Assembly: GCA_951406725.2 (NCBI GenBank)
Contig: OX597842.1
Location: 24,304,001 to 24,368,000 of the forward strand
Source: Octopus vulgaris
Lineage: Eukaryota
Direction of reading: 5' to 3'
Length of the DNA stretch: 64,000 nucleotides
In this document: piece by piece, positions 1 through 12,429 of the stretch
How the letters are laid out: each line of letters opens with the position of its first letter
Numbering within the stretch: the first letter of the stretch is position 1
The notes under the pieces: generated by a model
Told to the model about the DNA's origin: nothing
The model's database searches: none
What the model saw: the letters and a program-made list of their open reading frames with translations, nothing else
Translations under genes and position numbers: made by a program

Positions 1-37
1 GCTGCAGTCAAATGACTGAAACATGTAAAAGAGTATA

Positions 38-208
38 GGCATAGGAGTGGCTGTGTGGTAAGTTTCTTGCTTCTGAACCATAAGGTTCCGGGTTCAGTCC
101 CACTACGTGGCACCTTGGGCAAGTGTCTTCTACTATAGCTTCGGGCCATCGGAAACCTAGTAAGTGGATTTGGTAGACAAAAACTGAAAGAAGCCCATCA
201 TATATATG

Positions 209-239
<31 letters not shown>

Positions 240-445
240 AAGTTTGTATGTCTATGTTTCTCCCCCCAACATCGCTTGACAATTGAAGCTGGTGCGTTTA
301 CGTCCCTGTAACTTAGCGGTTCGGCAAAAGTGACTGATAGAATAAGTACTGGGCTTACAAAGAATAAGTCCTGGGGTCTGTTTGCTCGACTAAAGACGGT
401 GCTCCACCATGGCCACTGTCAAATAACTAAAACATGTAGAAGAGA
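38..445 (+). mobile_element. tRNA-derived SINE (family 1) with internal (TA/TG)n
   Basis: Head GTGGCTGTGTGGTAAG...GGTTCAGTCCC (A/B-box-like) and tail GGTGCTCCACCATGGCCACTGTCAAAT. The family recurs many times in the window. Confidence 0.8.
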
Positions 446-471
446 TAGGTTTCCCTATTTTCTTCCATATA

Positions 472-868
472 CAGTCAACTCTCGCTACTTTGCCACCCTG
501 CGGGACTGAGCCAAAGTGGCATAGTACCGAGGGTCTGTTATCTAAACACTACATAACCAAAAATTTACTGAACATACGAATAAAAATTCATAGGGTAGGA
601 AGTAAGGCCAATAAGAAGTTCAATGCGATGGTAAAAAGAAGACATCCATGTTTATTAAGTTCAAATTGCTTTTAGTTAATCCTGAAGCTCTCAAAAATTG
701 TCGGCTGACGCATCTACTTTCGGCGGTTTTCATTCATTTCATTGTCTAGCCTATCATACGCCTGCATGACCCTGGGTTCTCCGCTGCTCTTCTGCTGCAT
801 AAACTTTCGGATAGTGCTCCATGCTCTCTGGGCATCTGCAAAACTGGCATAGTAGGGAGAGTTGACTG
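472..868. mobile_element. Tc1/mariner-pogo (Tigger-like) non-autonomous DNA transposon
   Basis: TIRs CAGTCAACTCT...AGAGTTGACTG flanked by TA on both sides. The internal peptide resembles a pogo/Tigger transposase C-terminus (weak). Confidence 0.75.
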
Positions 869-869
869 T

Positions 870-1810
870 ATCCATATTTATTATTGAAATATCACTTCCA
901 ATGTCTAACTGAAGTTTAATATGTATTCCAATCATTTTTACGTGTACGAATTTTGTTTCTGTTGAGAGCCCTCTAGGATCTTTAATGGTTGATCTTCAGA
1001 ATTTAGTTCTGCAGTGTGAATTTCTGTATCTTGAGTGTTGTAAGGCCTTGTACCAAAATAAAACACCTGAACATCTCAGGTGTAAATTCTTTGAGTTTCA
1101 AAATATTCACACATTCTGTTAATTGTTCCTGCGTATGTGATAAAATCACCATCCTCTTTTTTCATTATATTCCAACACACCATCCAAGTTTTAGAGAAGT
1201 TTTATCACCGAATATGTTAGACAGTAATTCTATTGTTTCTTTAAAACAAATTTCATTGAGTTTTTTGGGTAATATGAAATTAAAATAATGTTCATACTCA
1301 GATGGGGCTCATTTATGTCATAATAACCTTACTTTTTCTGTGTCTGACCATGTCTTACAATCTTCCTTAAAAATTACCTGCTGTAGTACAATGCAACAGT
1401 TATACCGTCCTCTGGGTTATAACTGGATTTATAGAGTCCAAAATGTCGTCTGGCAAAAATGAACTTCCCTCATTTTTGGACTTCTTTGAATAAAGCCCCA
1501 ATAATTGTTGTTGTTGCTGCCTTTGTCGTTGATTTTGCAACAGTTTTATAGAAGCTAATTAGTCTTCCATGATTTAACAATTTTGTATCACAAAAATTTG
1601 TTAACTGACCTGCAAGAGCTTCGAAACCCTCATCGCCAGATGTTGTAACATAATTGTTCCGTACAATAAATAAGATAACCAGAAAATTGTAACAACAATC
1701 TAATGAACTAACAAATCTTTTACGAACCGGCATTCAATATTCCTTAGGAAGTAAACCAAGCGACACCTTCCGACTTCACTTGACTCTGAACCGCAAACCC
1801 ACTCAGATCG
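870..1810 (-). mobile_element. Degenerate Ty3/Gypsy remnant (LTR end, PBS, gag, protease start)
   Basis: Reverse complement of 27050-27995; protease-like motif KLQLDIGSDISIIN. Confidence 0.75.
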
Positions 1811-2449
1811 TTACTATTTATACTTTACTCGAACCAGTCTATCTCTCACAAGGGGACATGGTAACTCTCATCACAACAGGTGCCATTCTAACCAGATGCC
1901 CATCATAAATCCCTGCTCGCTGTCTGGTAAGAACAAGACCATGAAAACCTGCTCTACAGAATGATTTAGCAAAAAATAAGTATCATCCGTTGCAGGGGTT
2001 GAGCAGGGATGTGTTTGAACCATAGGTAGAGTGGGGCATTAGGCTTTTGAAAAATATTTCCCAATCTGCACCCAAAACTGTGACAAACAGCAATAAGCCT
2101 CCAGCTAGTGCCAGAATATGTGGGTAGTAGCACAAAGGGTGCAGATCCTGGGATCCCTGAGTGTGTCCAGCAGAGGATAACTGATCACGGCTGGGAACTG
2201 GAGTGTAATACATTTGTGTCAAAATAATATATCCTCAAGAAAACAGAGCAAATTAATATAATCAATATTGTTTGAATAAAAAACACAAATCGTAATTAGT
2301 GAGTTGATGCAAATGAGGAAAATGTGAAAAATGAATTTATTTTGTAAAAAGTAATACATTTGCTGTATTTTATTCAGCAGGACATCTGTTTTATCATTGA
2401 TATTGTTATTGATCAATATGAATAAGTATATGTTTAGTTAAGGTAGATT

Positions 2450-2665
2450 ATTGAGAGAATGATTTAGCACAGATTACACAGTCATAAGAATCTTCTCCTG
2501 TATGAATATGTTTGTGTTTAGTTTATTATTTCTCTCTATGAAAGAATGACTTGTCACAGATGTCACAGTGATATGATTTCTCTCCTGTATGAATGTATTT
2601 GTGATGAGTTCAATATTGTTCCACAGAGAATGATTTACCTCAGGTATCACAGCAATAGAGTTTCT
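2450..2665 (-). pseudogene. 3' degenerate-finger tail of ZNF copy A0 (body presumably in the gap)
   Basis: Reverse complement of the tails at 11570-11790 and 26205-26410; runs into Ns. Confidence 0.8.
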
Positions 2666-2765
2666 NNNNNNNNNNNNNNNNNNNNNNNNNNNNNNNNNNN
2701 NNNNNNNNNNNNNNNNNNNNNNNNNNNNNNNNNNNNNNNNNNNNNNNNNNNNNNNNNNNNNNNNN
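2666..2765. other. Assembly gap (100 N)
   Basis: Run of N. Confidence 1.
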
Positions 2766-3585
2766 TAATGACCTGAGTCATAAATCTAATACTTTCTCTA
2801 GTTTAGTTTCAATGCACCCAAACAAACAAAAGGAAAAGCAGTGTAAATAACGGACAGAGTCAAAACTATTGAAAAGGTTGCAAGACGCAAAGAAAATTTT
2901 AGGAAAAAAGGAAATAAGTAAGAAATAACTGCAAAATTTTACCGATGAGTGTGCTAAATTATAAGGCACGAAAAGAAAATGACTCACCCCAGACACAACA
3001 GAATATGCTTCAATACACGAATTCATATAAAGAATCTTGCAAACCAAATAGAATTAATATCTGTTTCTTTATTACCCACAAGGGGCGAAACACGGACGGG
3101 ACAAACAAGGACAGACTAACGGATTAAGTAGTTTACATTGACCCCAGTGCGTAACTGGTACTTAATTTACCGACCCCGAAGGATGAAAGGCAAAGTCGAC
3201 CTTGGCGGAATTTGAACCCAGAACGTAACGGCGGACGAAATTAATATCGATGTCAGACTAGCAACATTGAATACTTTCATTATTGTCTGGACTTTCGAAT
3301 TTTCCAGGTTCTTCTGCTTTGATGTCAGACTAGGAACATTGAATACTTTCATTATTGTCTGGAGTTTCGAATTTTCCAGGTTCTTCTGCTTTCACTAAAA
3401 ATAAAATATGTACGATATCTTACCTGTTATGATAAATAAATCAGTGCTAAAAGTCAATTAACGCAAACCACACCAAAAAAGCCATTCAGCGGGAAATGTA
3501 AGTTCAAGAAAGCTAAAAAAATAGACATGGAATGTCGACGAAACGAACTGAATATCCGGATGTTGTATATATATCGTAATACTAT
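2766..3585 (-). repeat. Left arm of inverted repeat; right arm is 4040-4673 plus 9375-9489 (split by the LTR element)
   Basis: Reverse-complement match by eye. The left arm has a private 72-bp tandem duplication (3249-3320/3321-3392). Confidence 0.9.
3424..3551 (-). promoter_or_regulatory. Putative TSS motif and non-coding exon 1 of ZNF A0
   Basis: TCAGTTCGTTTCGTCGAC on the minus strand; donor CAG|GTAAGA at 3423. Confidence 0.55.
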
Positions 3586-4070
3586 AGCACATACTTAAAT
3601 ACACAGAAACATGTGCGTATATGTGTGTTTCATTTAAATTCTGTATAATTAAATTGCGACTAGGCTGAAGTATCAGCTCGTAGGATTCATTTAACAAAGC
3701 AACACGAGAGCATATTTTTAATTTGGTAGTTATACTGTTGCACAACGAAGTTACAGGAATGTAAACAAAGCAACAATGGTTTTCGAACACTGGTAGAAAT
3801 AACACACACGAGTCTTCCTGTTTTCCCTCCGTCCCTCTTTGACAAGTCCTGTTGGTTTCTTTTCGTCTCTGTAAACAGGATAGTGGAAAAGTACCAATAG
3901 ATATGAAAATAAGCAGTCAGTTTTGTATGTTTTGTCATCATTTGGATTTTTCCTCATAACTCACATTTTTGAAAAGTAATTATACCAACAAAAAACATTG
4001 AGAATTTACCAACTTAGTTTTAGCATCCGATAAATGTATATAGTATTACGATATATACAACATCCGAATA

Positions 4071-4198
4071 TCAGTTCGTTTCGTCGACATTCCATGTCTA
4101 TTTTTTGAGCTTTCTTTAATTTACGTTTCCCGCTGAATGGCTTTTTTGGTGTGGTTTGCGTTAATTGACTTTTAGCACTGATTTATTTATCATAACAG
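4071..4198 (+). promoter_or_regulatory. Putative TSS motif and non-coding exon 1 of ZNF A1
   Basis: TCAGTTCGTTTCGTCGAC at 4071; donor CAG|GTAAGA at 4199; matching acceptor TGTGTCATTTCAG ending 9659. Confidence 0.6.
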
Positions 4199-4311
4199 GT
4201 AAGATATCGTACATATTTTATTTTTAGTGAAAGCAGAAGAACCTGGAAAATTCGAAACTCCAGACAATAAAGAAAGTATTCAATGTTGCTAGTCTGACAT
4301 CGATATTAATT

Positions 4312-4488
4312 TCGTCCGCCGTTACGTTCTGGGTTCAAATTCCGCCGAGGTCGACTTTGCCTTTCATCCTTCGGGGTCGATAAATTAAGTACCAGTTACG
4401 CACTGGGGTCAATGTAATCGACTTAATCCGTTTGTCTGTCCTTGTTTGTCCCGTCCGTGTTTCGCCCCTTGTGGGTAATAAAGAAACA
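4312..4488 (+). mobile_element. 5'-truncated SINE (family 2) with 10-bp TSD
   Basis: B-box GGTTCAAATTCC; TSD GATATTAATT at 4302-4311 and 4489-4498. Mirror copy at ~3060-3240; relatives at ~14995-15210 and ~30775-30985. Confidence 0.8.
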
Positions 4489-4673
4489 GATATTAATTCT
4501 ATTTGGTTTGCAAGATTCTTTATATGAATTCGTGTATTGAAGCATATTCTGTTGTGTCTGGGGAGAGTCATTTTCTTTTTGTGCCTTATAATTTAACACA
4601 CTCACCGGTAAAATTTTACAGTCATTTCTTACTTATTTACTCTTTTCCTAAAATTTTCGTTGCGTCTTGCAAC

Positions 4674-5100
4674 TGTAGTGGATGTGTGGATGTATTAATA
4701 AATACATAAGTTGTTTTGTAATAAATTAGAGATTTATTTGCACTACATCAATTTGTAAGCAATGCTACACATTGCTTGTACAGAATACATATTAAATAAT
4801 GCTTGTACAGAATACATATTAAAGGATGCTTATACAGAATACATATTAAAGAAGAATATGTTTGATGGTGTGTGTGTGTGTGAGTAAATCATGCAGGACA
4901 GTCACCTTTATGCATATTCTCTCGTCGTCTCCAAAAATGCGTAGCGTTCGTTTAGGCGTCGGCTCCGGTTCTCTCTAGATACCGATTTTTCCGTTCTATT
5001 TATAAAATCTCAAATAGCCAGAAAAATAGATATATCGCAAGACAGTTATTGTTTAAGTAGGTCACTGGTCGTTCAGTTGAACTTCGCCTGACATGGCTCA
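4674..5100 (-). repeat. 3' LTR (truncated, lacks ~150 bp at its internal end)
   Basis: Direct repeat of 8794-9220 at offset 4120; I see two substitutions. Contains three ~27-bp tandem units. Confidence 0.93.
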
Positions 5101-7073
5101 AGTTGGAGGTTTTGTGAAACAGGTTCGATCATCTGACCAGGTAAGGTGAGTGTTGTGCCATAAACGAGTTCGGCCGGAGTATATCCCAGTTCTTCCTTAA
5201 TCGTGGATCGAATTCCAAGGAGGATGAGAGGGAGATGTTCCAACCAGTGAGAACTGTCTGGAGCTGCTTTGATAGATGCCTTGAGTTGGCGGTGAAAGCG
5301 TTCGACCATGCCATTTGCTGCAGGGTGGTAAGCTGTTGTGCGGGTGTGTTTACACCCGAGGAGACGAGTCAGCTCGGTGAAAAGGTGGGAATCGAACTGA
5401 CATCCTCTGTCGGTGGTAATTGTTGCGGGTGTGCCAAAACGCGAAACCCATTGTGATATCAGCGTTTTAGCGACCGTTTCTGCTGATATATCAGATAAGG
5501 GCCAGGCTTTGGGCCATCGCGAGAACCTATCTACGCAAGTTAGCAAATATGAATAGTTCTGCGAAGGTGGCAGGGGTCCAACGATATCAATGTGAACGTG
5601 CTGAAATCGTGCGTGGGGCTGCGAAAATGAACCGATTGGTGATTTTATGTGCCGGTGGATTTTCGCTTTTTGGCACGCAACACAGCACTTGGTCCATTCT
5701 CTGATATCCTTGTTGATACTGATCCACACAAAACGGGTCGATATTAGCTTTTGAGTGGAGCGAATACCAGGATGTGACAGAGAATGTAGAGCGGAGAAAA
5801 CTTCTCGACGATATTTCTGTGGTACATAAGGGCGTTGGTAACCAGTGGAAATATCACACCAAATATGGGCTGTGGATGATGGTAGCGGAACATGCTGGAA
5901 TTTCAGAGATGACGAATTCCGGAGCTTTAGAAGTTCTTCGTCATTCTCCTGGTCAGCTGCTATATGTGCCAGTTCAATTGTAGACGTGGTGTGAATAGCA
6001 TTGATCTGCGCACGTGAAAGTGCATCGGCTGCCACGTTGGTCGTCCCTTTGATGTGGCGTATATCCGTCGTGTACTGCGATATGAAGTCCAGGTGGCGTA
6101 TTTCTCTTGGCGAATGGCGATCCGGTTTGGTGTTAAATGCGTATACTAATGGCTTGTGGTCGGTGTATATGGCAAAATTGGTACCTTCTAGCATGTGACG
6201 GAAATGCTTAACGGCCAGGTATGCCGCCAATAATACCCGACTGAATGTGCTGTATTTGGTTTCCGCGGGTTTTAACCGCTTAGAAAAGAAAGACAACGGT
6301 TGCCATATACCATCAACAAGCTGTTGTAGCACACCTCCGATTCCGGAATCGGATGCATCAACGAGTAAACATCGTTGGGCGTCTGGTTTTGGATAAACCA
6401 ACATGGTAGCGCTAGATAACGCTTTTTTCAGGGCAGCGAAAGAAACGAGTTGATCTTCGGTCAGAGCTATATCTGCATTTTTGCAGGTTCGCTGACGTAG
6501 CAAATCCGTGAGCGGTTGCGCTATTTCAGTGAGGTGGGGCACGAACCGTCGATAGAAATTCGCTAGACCGAGATATTCCCTTAATTTGCGGAGAGATGTG
6601 GGTGGTGGAAAATCCACGATGGCCTTGAATTTCTTGGGAAGAGGACGAATTCCATTTTTATCGACTATATGCCCGAGAAAATGAAGGGAAGCAACTCCGA
6701 ACAAACATTTAGTAGGGTTGATAACAATTCCAAATCGACGTAGACGTTCGAATAGCAGGTGAAGGTGTTGATTATGCTCTTCGTCCGAGTTACTGGCCAC
6801 GAGTATGTCGTCTATGTAGGCATAGACGAAAGGCAAACCTCTAGTCACCATGTCGATAAACCTTTGGAATGTCTGTGCCGCGTTTCGTAAACCGAAAGGC
6901 ATACGCAGGAATTCAAACATTCCGAAAGGTGTAGTAACTGCTGTCTTTGGGATGTCTGCAGGTTCGACTGGGATTTGGTTGTATGCTCGCACCAGGTCGA
7001 TTTTTGAAAAGATGCGAGCTCCATGCAGCGAGCTCGAAAAGTCCTGAAGAAAAGGCACCTGGATAGGCATCAC
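5073..7073 (-). CDS. pol: pol: reverse transcriptase, RNase H, integrase (C-terminally truncated)
   Basis: [25 protein letters not shown], integrase HHCC (HSLSH..CVAC) and DDE core ([19 protein letters not shown]). Confidence 0.93.
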   Translation of the reverse strand: MMPIQVPFLQDFSSSLHGARIFSKIDLVRAYNQIPVEPADIPKTAVTTPFGMFEFLRMPFGLRNAAQTFQRFIDMVTRGLPFVYAYIDDILVASNSDEEHNQHLHLLFERLRRFGIVINPTKCLFGVASLHFLGHIVDKNGIRPLPKKFKAIVDFPPPTSLRKLREYLGLANFYRRFVPHLTEIAQPLTDLLRQRTCKNADIALTEDQLVSFAALKKALSSATMLVYPKPDAQRCLLVDASDSGIGGVLQQLVDGIWQPLSFFSKRLKPAETKYSTFSRVLLAAYLAVKHFRHMLEGTNFAIYTDHKPLVYAFNTKPDRHSPREIRHLDFISQYTTDIRHIKGTTNVAADALSRAQINAIHTTSTIELAHIAADQENDEELLKLRNSSSLKFQHVPLPSSTAHIWCDISTGYQRPYVPQKYRREVFSALHSLSHPGIRSTQKLISTRFVWISINKDIREWTKCCVACQKAKIHRHIKSPIGSFSQPHARFQHVHIDIVGPLPPSQNYSYLLTCVDRFSRWPKAWPLSDISAETVAKTLISQWVSRFGTPATITTDRGCQFDSHLFTELTRLLGCKHTRTTAYHPAANGMVERFHRQLKASIKAAPDSSHWLEHLPLILLGIRSTIKEELGYTPAELVYGTTLTLPGQMIEPVSQNLQLEPCQAKFN

Positions 7074-7824
7074 TGATAGTGCTTTTATTCAGTGATCGAT
7101 AATCGCCGCAAACCCGCCAATCGGTCGATGATTTTTTTGGGACGCAGTGTATCGGCGAGGACCAGTTGCTGCTGGAAACGCGGATGATTCCGAGGTCGAG
7201 CATGTGCTGGAATTCCCGCTTGACGGCCTGGAGACGATCAGGTGGTAACCTTCTGGGCCTTGCAGCAACAGGTGGACCGCTGGTTTTGATGTGGTGGGTA
7301 ACGTCGTGTTTTATCGGCTGGTTATGAAAAACTGGTCGCGCGACATCTGGATATTCAGTCAGGATGGAACTGTGACGAGTCGTTGTCGTAAGCATTACAG
7401 TTGGGCTGACTGTGTCCATTTGAGCGCCTATACCGCGCACATTAAGCTTGGTGGTGGTGTCGACAAGTCGTCTGTTCTTTATGTCTACCAGGAGACCGAA
7501 ATGATGCAGGAAATCGGCACCTAAGATAGGGGTCGGCAATTTAGCGACGACGAATACCCACTGAAATGTTCGGCGTAGTCCTATGTTTAATGTTAGGGAC
7601 TGTTCACCGTAGGTTGGAATGGGTGAATGGTTGACTGCCTGAAGACAGACTGATGTCTCTTTTCTTTTTCCAGAAGTGTTGGAGACTGGGATGATGCTGA
7701 CTTCCGCACCTGTGTCAACCAGGAAACGCGTGCCTGTTACACAATCGCAAACGAAAAACAGGCGACTGTGTGGGTGCGAACCAGGAACTTCCGTCGCGTT
7801 CAATTCCTGGCTGTGCCGTTTCCC
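7060..7824 (-). CDS. pol: pol N-terminus: aspartyl protease and start of RT
   Basis: [10 protein letters not shown] and [12 protein letters not shown] 1-bp insertion near 7059 separates it from the rest of pol (expected DAYPVPFLQDF). Confidence 0.88.
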
Positions 7825-8674
7825 GAACTGGGTGAGGAAAACGAGCACGGTACCGTACATTTTTGTGCCCGTGTTCCGAATGTTCGGTGGTACCAACACG
7901 TGTCATGTGAGTTGCGGGTAGCACTGGGGCTTCGGGACCGTCTGCCATCTCGTCGAGATCGGCTGGTGCTTCGACGCTGGGGACTAAACTTTAGGGCTTG
8001 TATTTGGGCTGTGAGGATTTGTATTTGCGCAGCTTGCTGCGTCATTAATGCACGCAAATCCGAAATCTCGGAAGAACTGGTTTGTGCACGGAAAGGATTG
8101 GTACTGGGAGCGGCTGGCGTCACCATCGATACGGTTGGATATCTGTGCGGTACTTCGGCTATTTTGTCAGCTAGCTCCGCCAGTTCTTCAAGGGATGTGT
8201 TTTCTCTGGTAGACGCGAGAACAACCTGGGTATTGGAGGGCAGACGCTGGAGAAAAAGTTGCTTGAAAATTTTTCTGGGAGTGTCTCATCTCCGAGAAGC
8301 TGCTTCATTCTACGAAGAAGCTGGGACGGCATTTTGTCACCCAATTCTTCCGATATCAGAAGCTGGTGAAGTCTTTTTTGTTGGGATTCGGAGGTTCTGT
8401 TTATCAACGTGGTTTTAAAAACTTCGTATGAAACAGAACCGGGTGGTGCCATGATAAGGTCACGTATTACGTTCGTTATTTCTGGCGACAGAGAACTGAT
8501 AACATGAGAAAGTCGAGACGCATCGCTCAATATTCTGTGAGAGGCAAACTGTGCCTCTATATGGTAAAACCACAATGTAGGGTCGTGGGTCCAGAATGGT
8601 GGAATTTTTAAAGAAATCGCCACTTGGAATGCCATGTCGATGTTGGCCGCTGGATTCTGTTCCGGGAGGTCCAT
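7800..8674 (-). CDS. gag: gag (1-bp frameshift in an A-run near 8273)
   Basis: LKIPPFW..DPTLWF..IEAQF N-terminus; Cx2Hx9Cx3C motif CWYHRTFGTRAQKCTVPC. Confidence 0.88.
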
Positions 8675-8780
8675 TGTTTTCGTCGGAATTTTCAGTTGCT
8701 TGGTTGCTGGGTGATGTGCAAACTGTAATTCTTCGACGCGGTTGATGAAGCTGGTTCCGGGGAAGGCGCAATTCGTTTTA

Positions 8781-8791
8781 CGGGGTCACCA
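8781..8791 (-). promoter_or_regulatory. Primer-binding site complementary to tRNA-Trp 3' end
   Basis: TGGTGACCCCG two bases inside the 5' LTR; metazoan tRNA-Trp ends ...CGGGGUCACCA. Confidence 0.85.
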
Positions 8792-8793
8792 AA

Positions 8794-9374
8794 TGTAGTG
8801 GATGTGTGGATGTATTAATAAATACATAAGTTGTTTTGTAATAAATTAGAGATTTATTTGCACTACATCAATTTGTAAGCAATGCTACACATTGCTTGTA
8901 CAGAATACATATTAAATAATGCTTGTACAGAATACATATTAAAGGATGCTTATACAGAATACATATTAAAGAAGAATATGTTTGATGGTGTGTGTGTGTG
9001 TGAGTAAATCATGCTGGACAGTCACCTTTATGCATATTCTCTCGTCGTCTCCAAAAATGCGTAGCGTTCGTTTAGGCGTCGGCTCCGGTTCTCTCTAGAT
9101 ACCGATTTTTCCGTTCTATTTATAAAATCTCAAATAGCCAGAAAAATAGATATATCGCAAGACAGTTATTGTTTAAGTAGGTCACTGGCCGTTCAGTTGA
9201 ACTTCGCCTGACATGGCTCAGGTCGGAGGTCAAAAGGAGACGATCAATCACTTTTTGTCAGAACAAAGGAATTCTTGATTTCGCGCCTTTGCATGCATTG
9301 GTATTTGACGACCGATGATTCTTGGATTTGATTTCGAATCCAAGCTTAGAGAAGGAAGTGCTAACTCTTACACA
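8794..9374 (-). repeat. 5' LTR (581 bp)
   Basis: TG...CA termini, abuts PBS and TSD. Confidence 0.93.
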
Positions 9375-9995
9375 CAACCTTTTCAATAGTTTTGACTCTG
9401 TCCGTTATTTACACTGCTTTTCCTTTTGTTTGTTTGGGTGCATTGAAACTAAACTAGAGAAAGTATTAGATTTATGACTCAGGTCATTATAGACGAAAGT
9501 AATGTCTTGTGTCATGAGTATCATTTTAAAGTGTAATTTATTCGGGTAAAAGTTTATATCCACAGTTTATCATTATGAAAATGTAGTTATAATTTTTATT
9601 GTTAAACCTTTGCTTTTTAAGTCTTTACTATATCTTCTACTGTTTCTGTGTCATTTCAGATACTCGTATAAAGGAGTTTTACGTGAGATACATCATGAAT
9701 ATTGATCATGTTTTGAAAACGAATGTCAGCCGTTATAAATAATAGATAATAACTCTGTTTATATAATATATCTCTGGTGAATAACGGTGAAATATTTCTT
9801 CTGAATTGATAGCAACATTTGTTTTCCTCATTGCCAGGAATATTTACAAAAGTATTTTGCATTGTGTTTGAATGTGAGAAAATCTGGAAAGGTGTTTGTA
9901 TCATTTTCAGATATTGAAGATCAGATTTGCTGTAGAAGATATATATAAAGAAGAAGGGGAAAATATATTTTCTGTCTGTATACTACAGAACAATA

Positions 9996-11412
<1,417 letters not shown>

Positions 11413-11860
11413 CACTGTAGTATCTGCAGTAAATTATTCCGTTTAAGAAAATATTTAATTAATTACAAGTCTGCTCATACTGGAGAGAAACTATGTGACT
11501 TAGATGTCTGCAGCAAATCATTCTCTTGTGAATATGCTGTATATACTTATAAACGTATTCATACAGGAGAGAAACTCTATTGCTGTGATATCTGAGGTAA
11601 ATCATTCTCTGTGGAACAATATTGAACTCATCACAAATACATTCATACAGGAGAGAAATCATATCACTGTGACATCTGTGACAAGTCATTCTTTCATAGA
11701 GAGAAATAATAAACTAAACACAAACATATTCATACAGGAGAAGATTCTGATGACTGTGTAATCTGTGCTAAATCATTCTCTCAATAATCTACCTTAACTA
11801 AACATATACTTATTCATATTGATCAATAACAATATCAATGATAAAACAGATGTCCTGCTG

Positions 11861-11866
11861 AATAAA
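11861..11866 (+). terminator. Candidate polyadenylation signal AATAAA
   Basis: Same GAATAAAATACAGCAA context retained in A, B (17348-17353) and C (38108-38113) paralogs. Confidence 0.45.
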
Positions 11867-12429
11867 ATACAGCAAATGTATTACTTTTTACAAAATAAAT
11901 TCATTTTTCACATTTTCCTCATTTGCATCAACTCACTAATTACGATTTGTGTTTTTTATTCAAACAATATTGATTATATTAATTTGCTCTGTTTTCTTGA
12001 GGATATATTATTTTGACACAAATGTATTACACTCCAGTTCCCAGCCATGATCAGTTATCCTCTGCTGGACACACTCAGGGATCCCAGGATCTGCACCCTT
12101 TGTGCTACTGCCCACATATTCTGGCACTAGCTGGAGGCTTATTGCTGTTTGTCACAGTTTTGGGTGTAGAGTGGGAAATATTTTTCAAAAGCCTAATGCC
12201 CCACTCTACCTATGGTTCAAGCACATCCCCGCTCAACCCATGCAAGGGATTATCATCATACTTATTTTTTGCTAAATCATTCTGTAGAGCAGGTTTTCAT
12301 AGTCTTGTTCTTACCAGACACCAAGCAGGGATTTATGATGGGCATCTGGTTAGAATGGCACCTGTTGTGATGAGAGTTGCCATGTCCCTTGTGAGAGATA
12401 GACTGGTCCGAGTAAAGTATAAATAGTAA

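Larger units (their letters stand above)
1..2665 (-). repeat. Inverted segmental duplicate of the A-type ZNF 3' region (about 26205-28839; partly 11570-13400)
   Basis: Near-identical ORF-track peptides on opposite strands, e.g. 2219-2416(-) = 26444-26641(+) = 11819-12016(+). Confidence 0.93.
4674..9374 (-). mobile_element. Ty3/Gypsy LTR retrotransposon, CsRn1-like clade
   Basis: TGT...ACA ends; 4-bp TSD CAAC (4670-4673, 9375-9378); gag with CHCC motif; PR-RT-RH-IN order; tRNA-Trp PBS; empty paralogous sites at ~2875 and ~24375. Confidence 0.95.

Noticed and set aside
7768-8418. 216-aa ORF antisense to gag
   Set aside because: No recognisable motifs; expected by chance opposite a GC-richer coding region.
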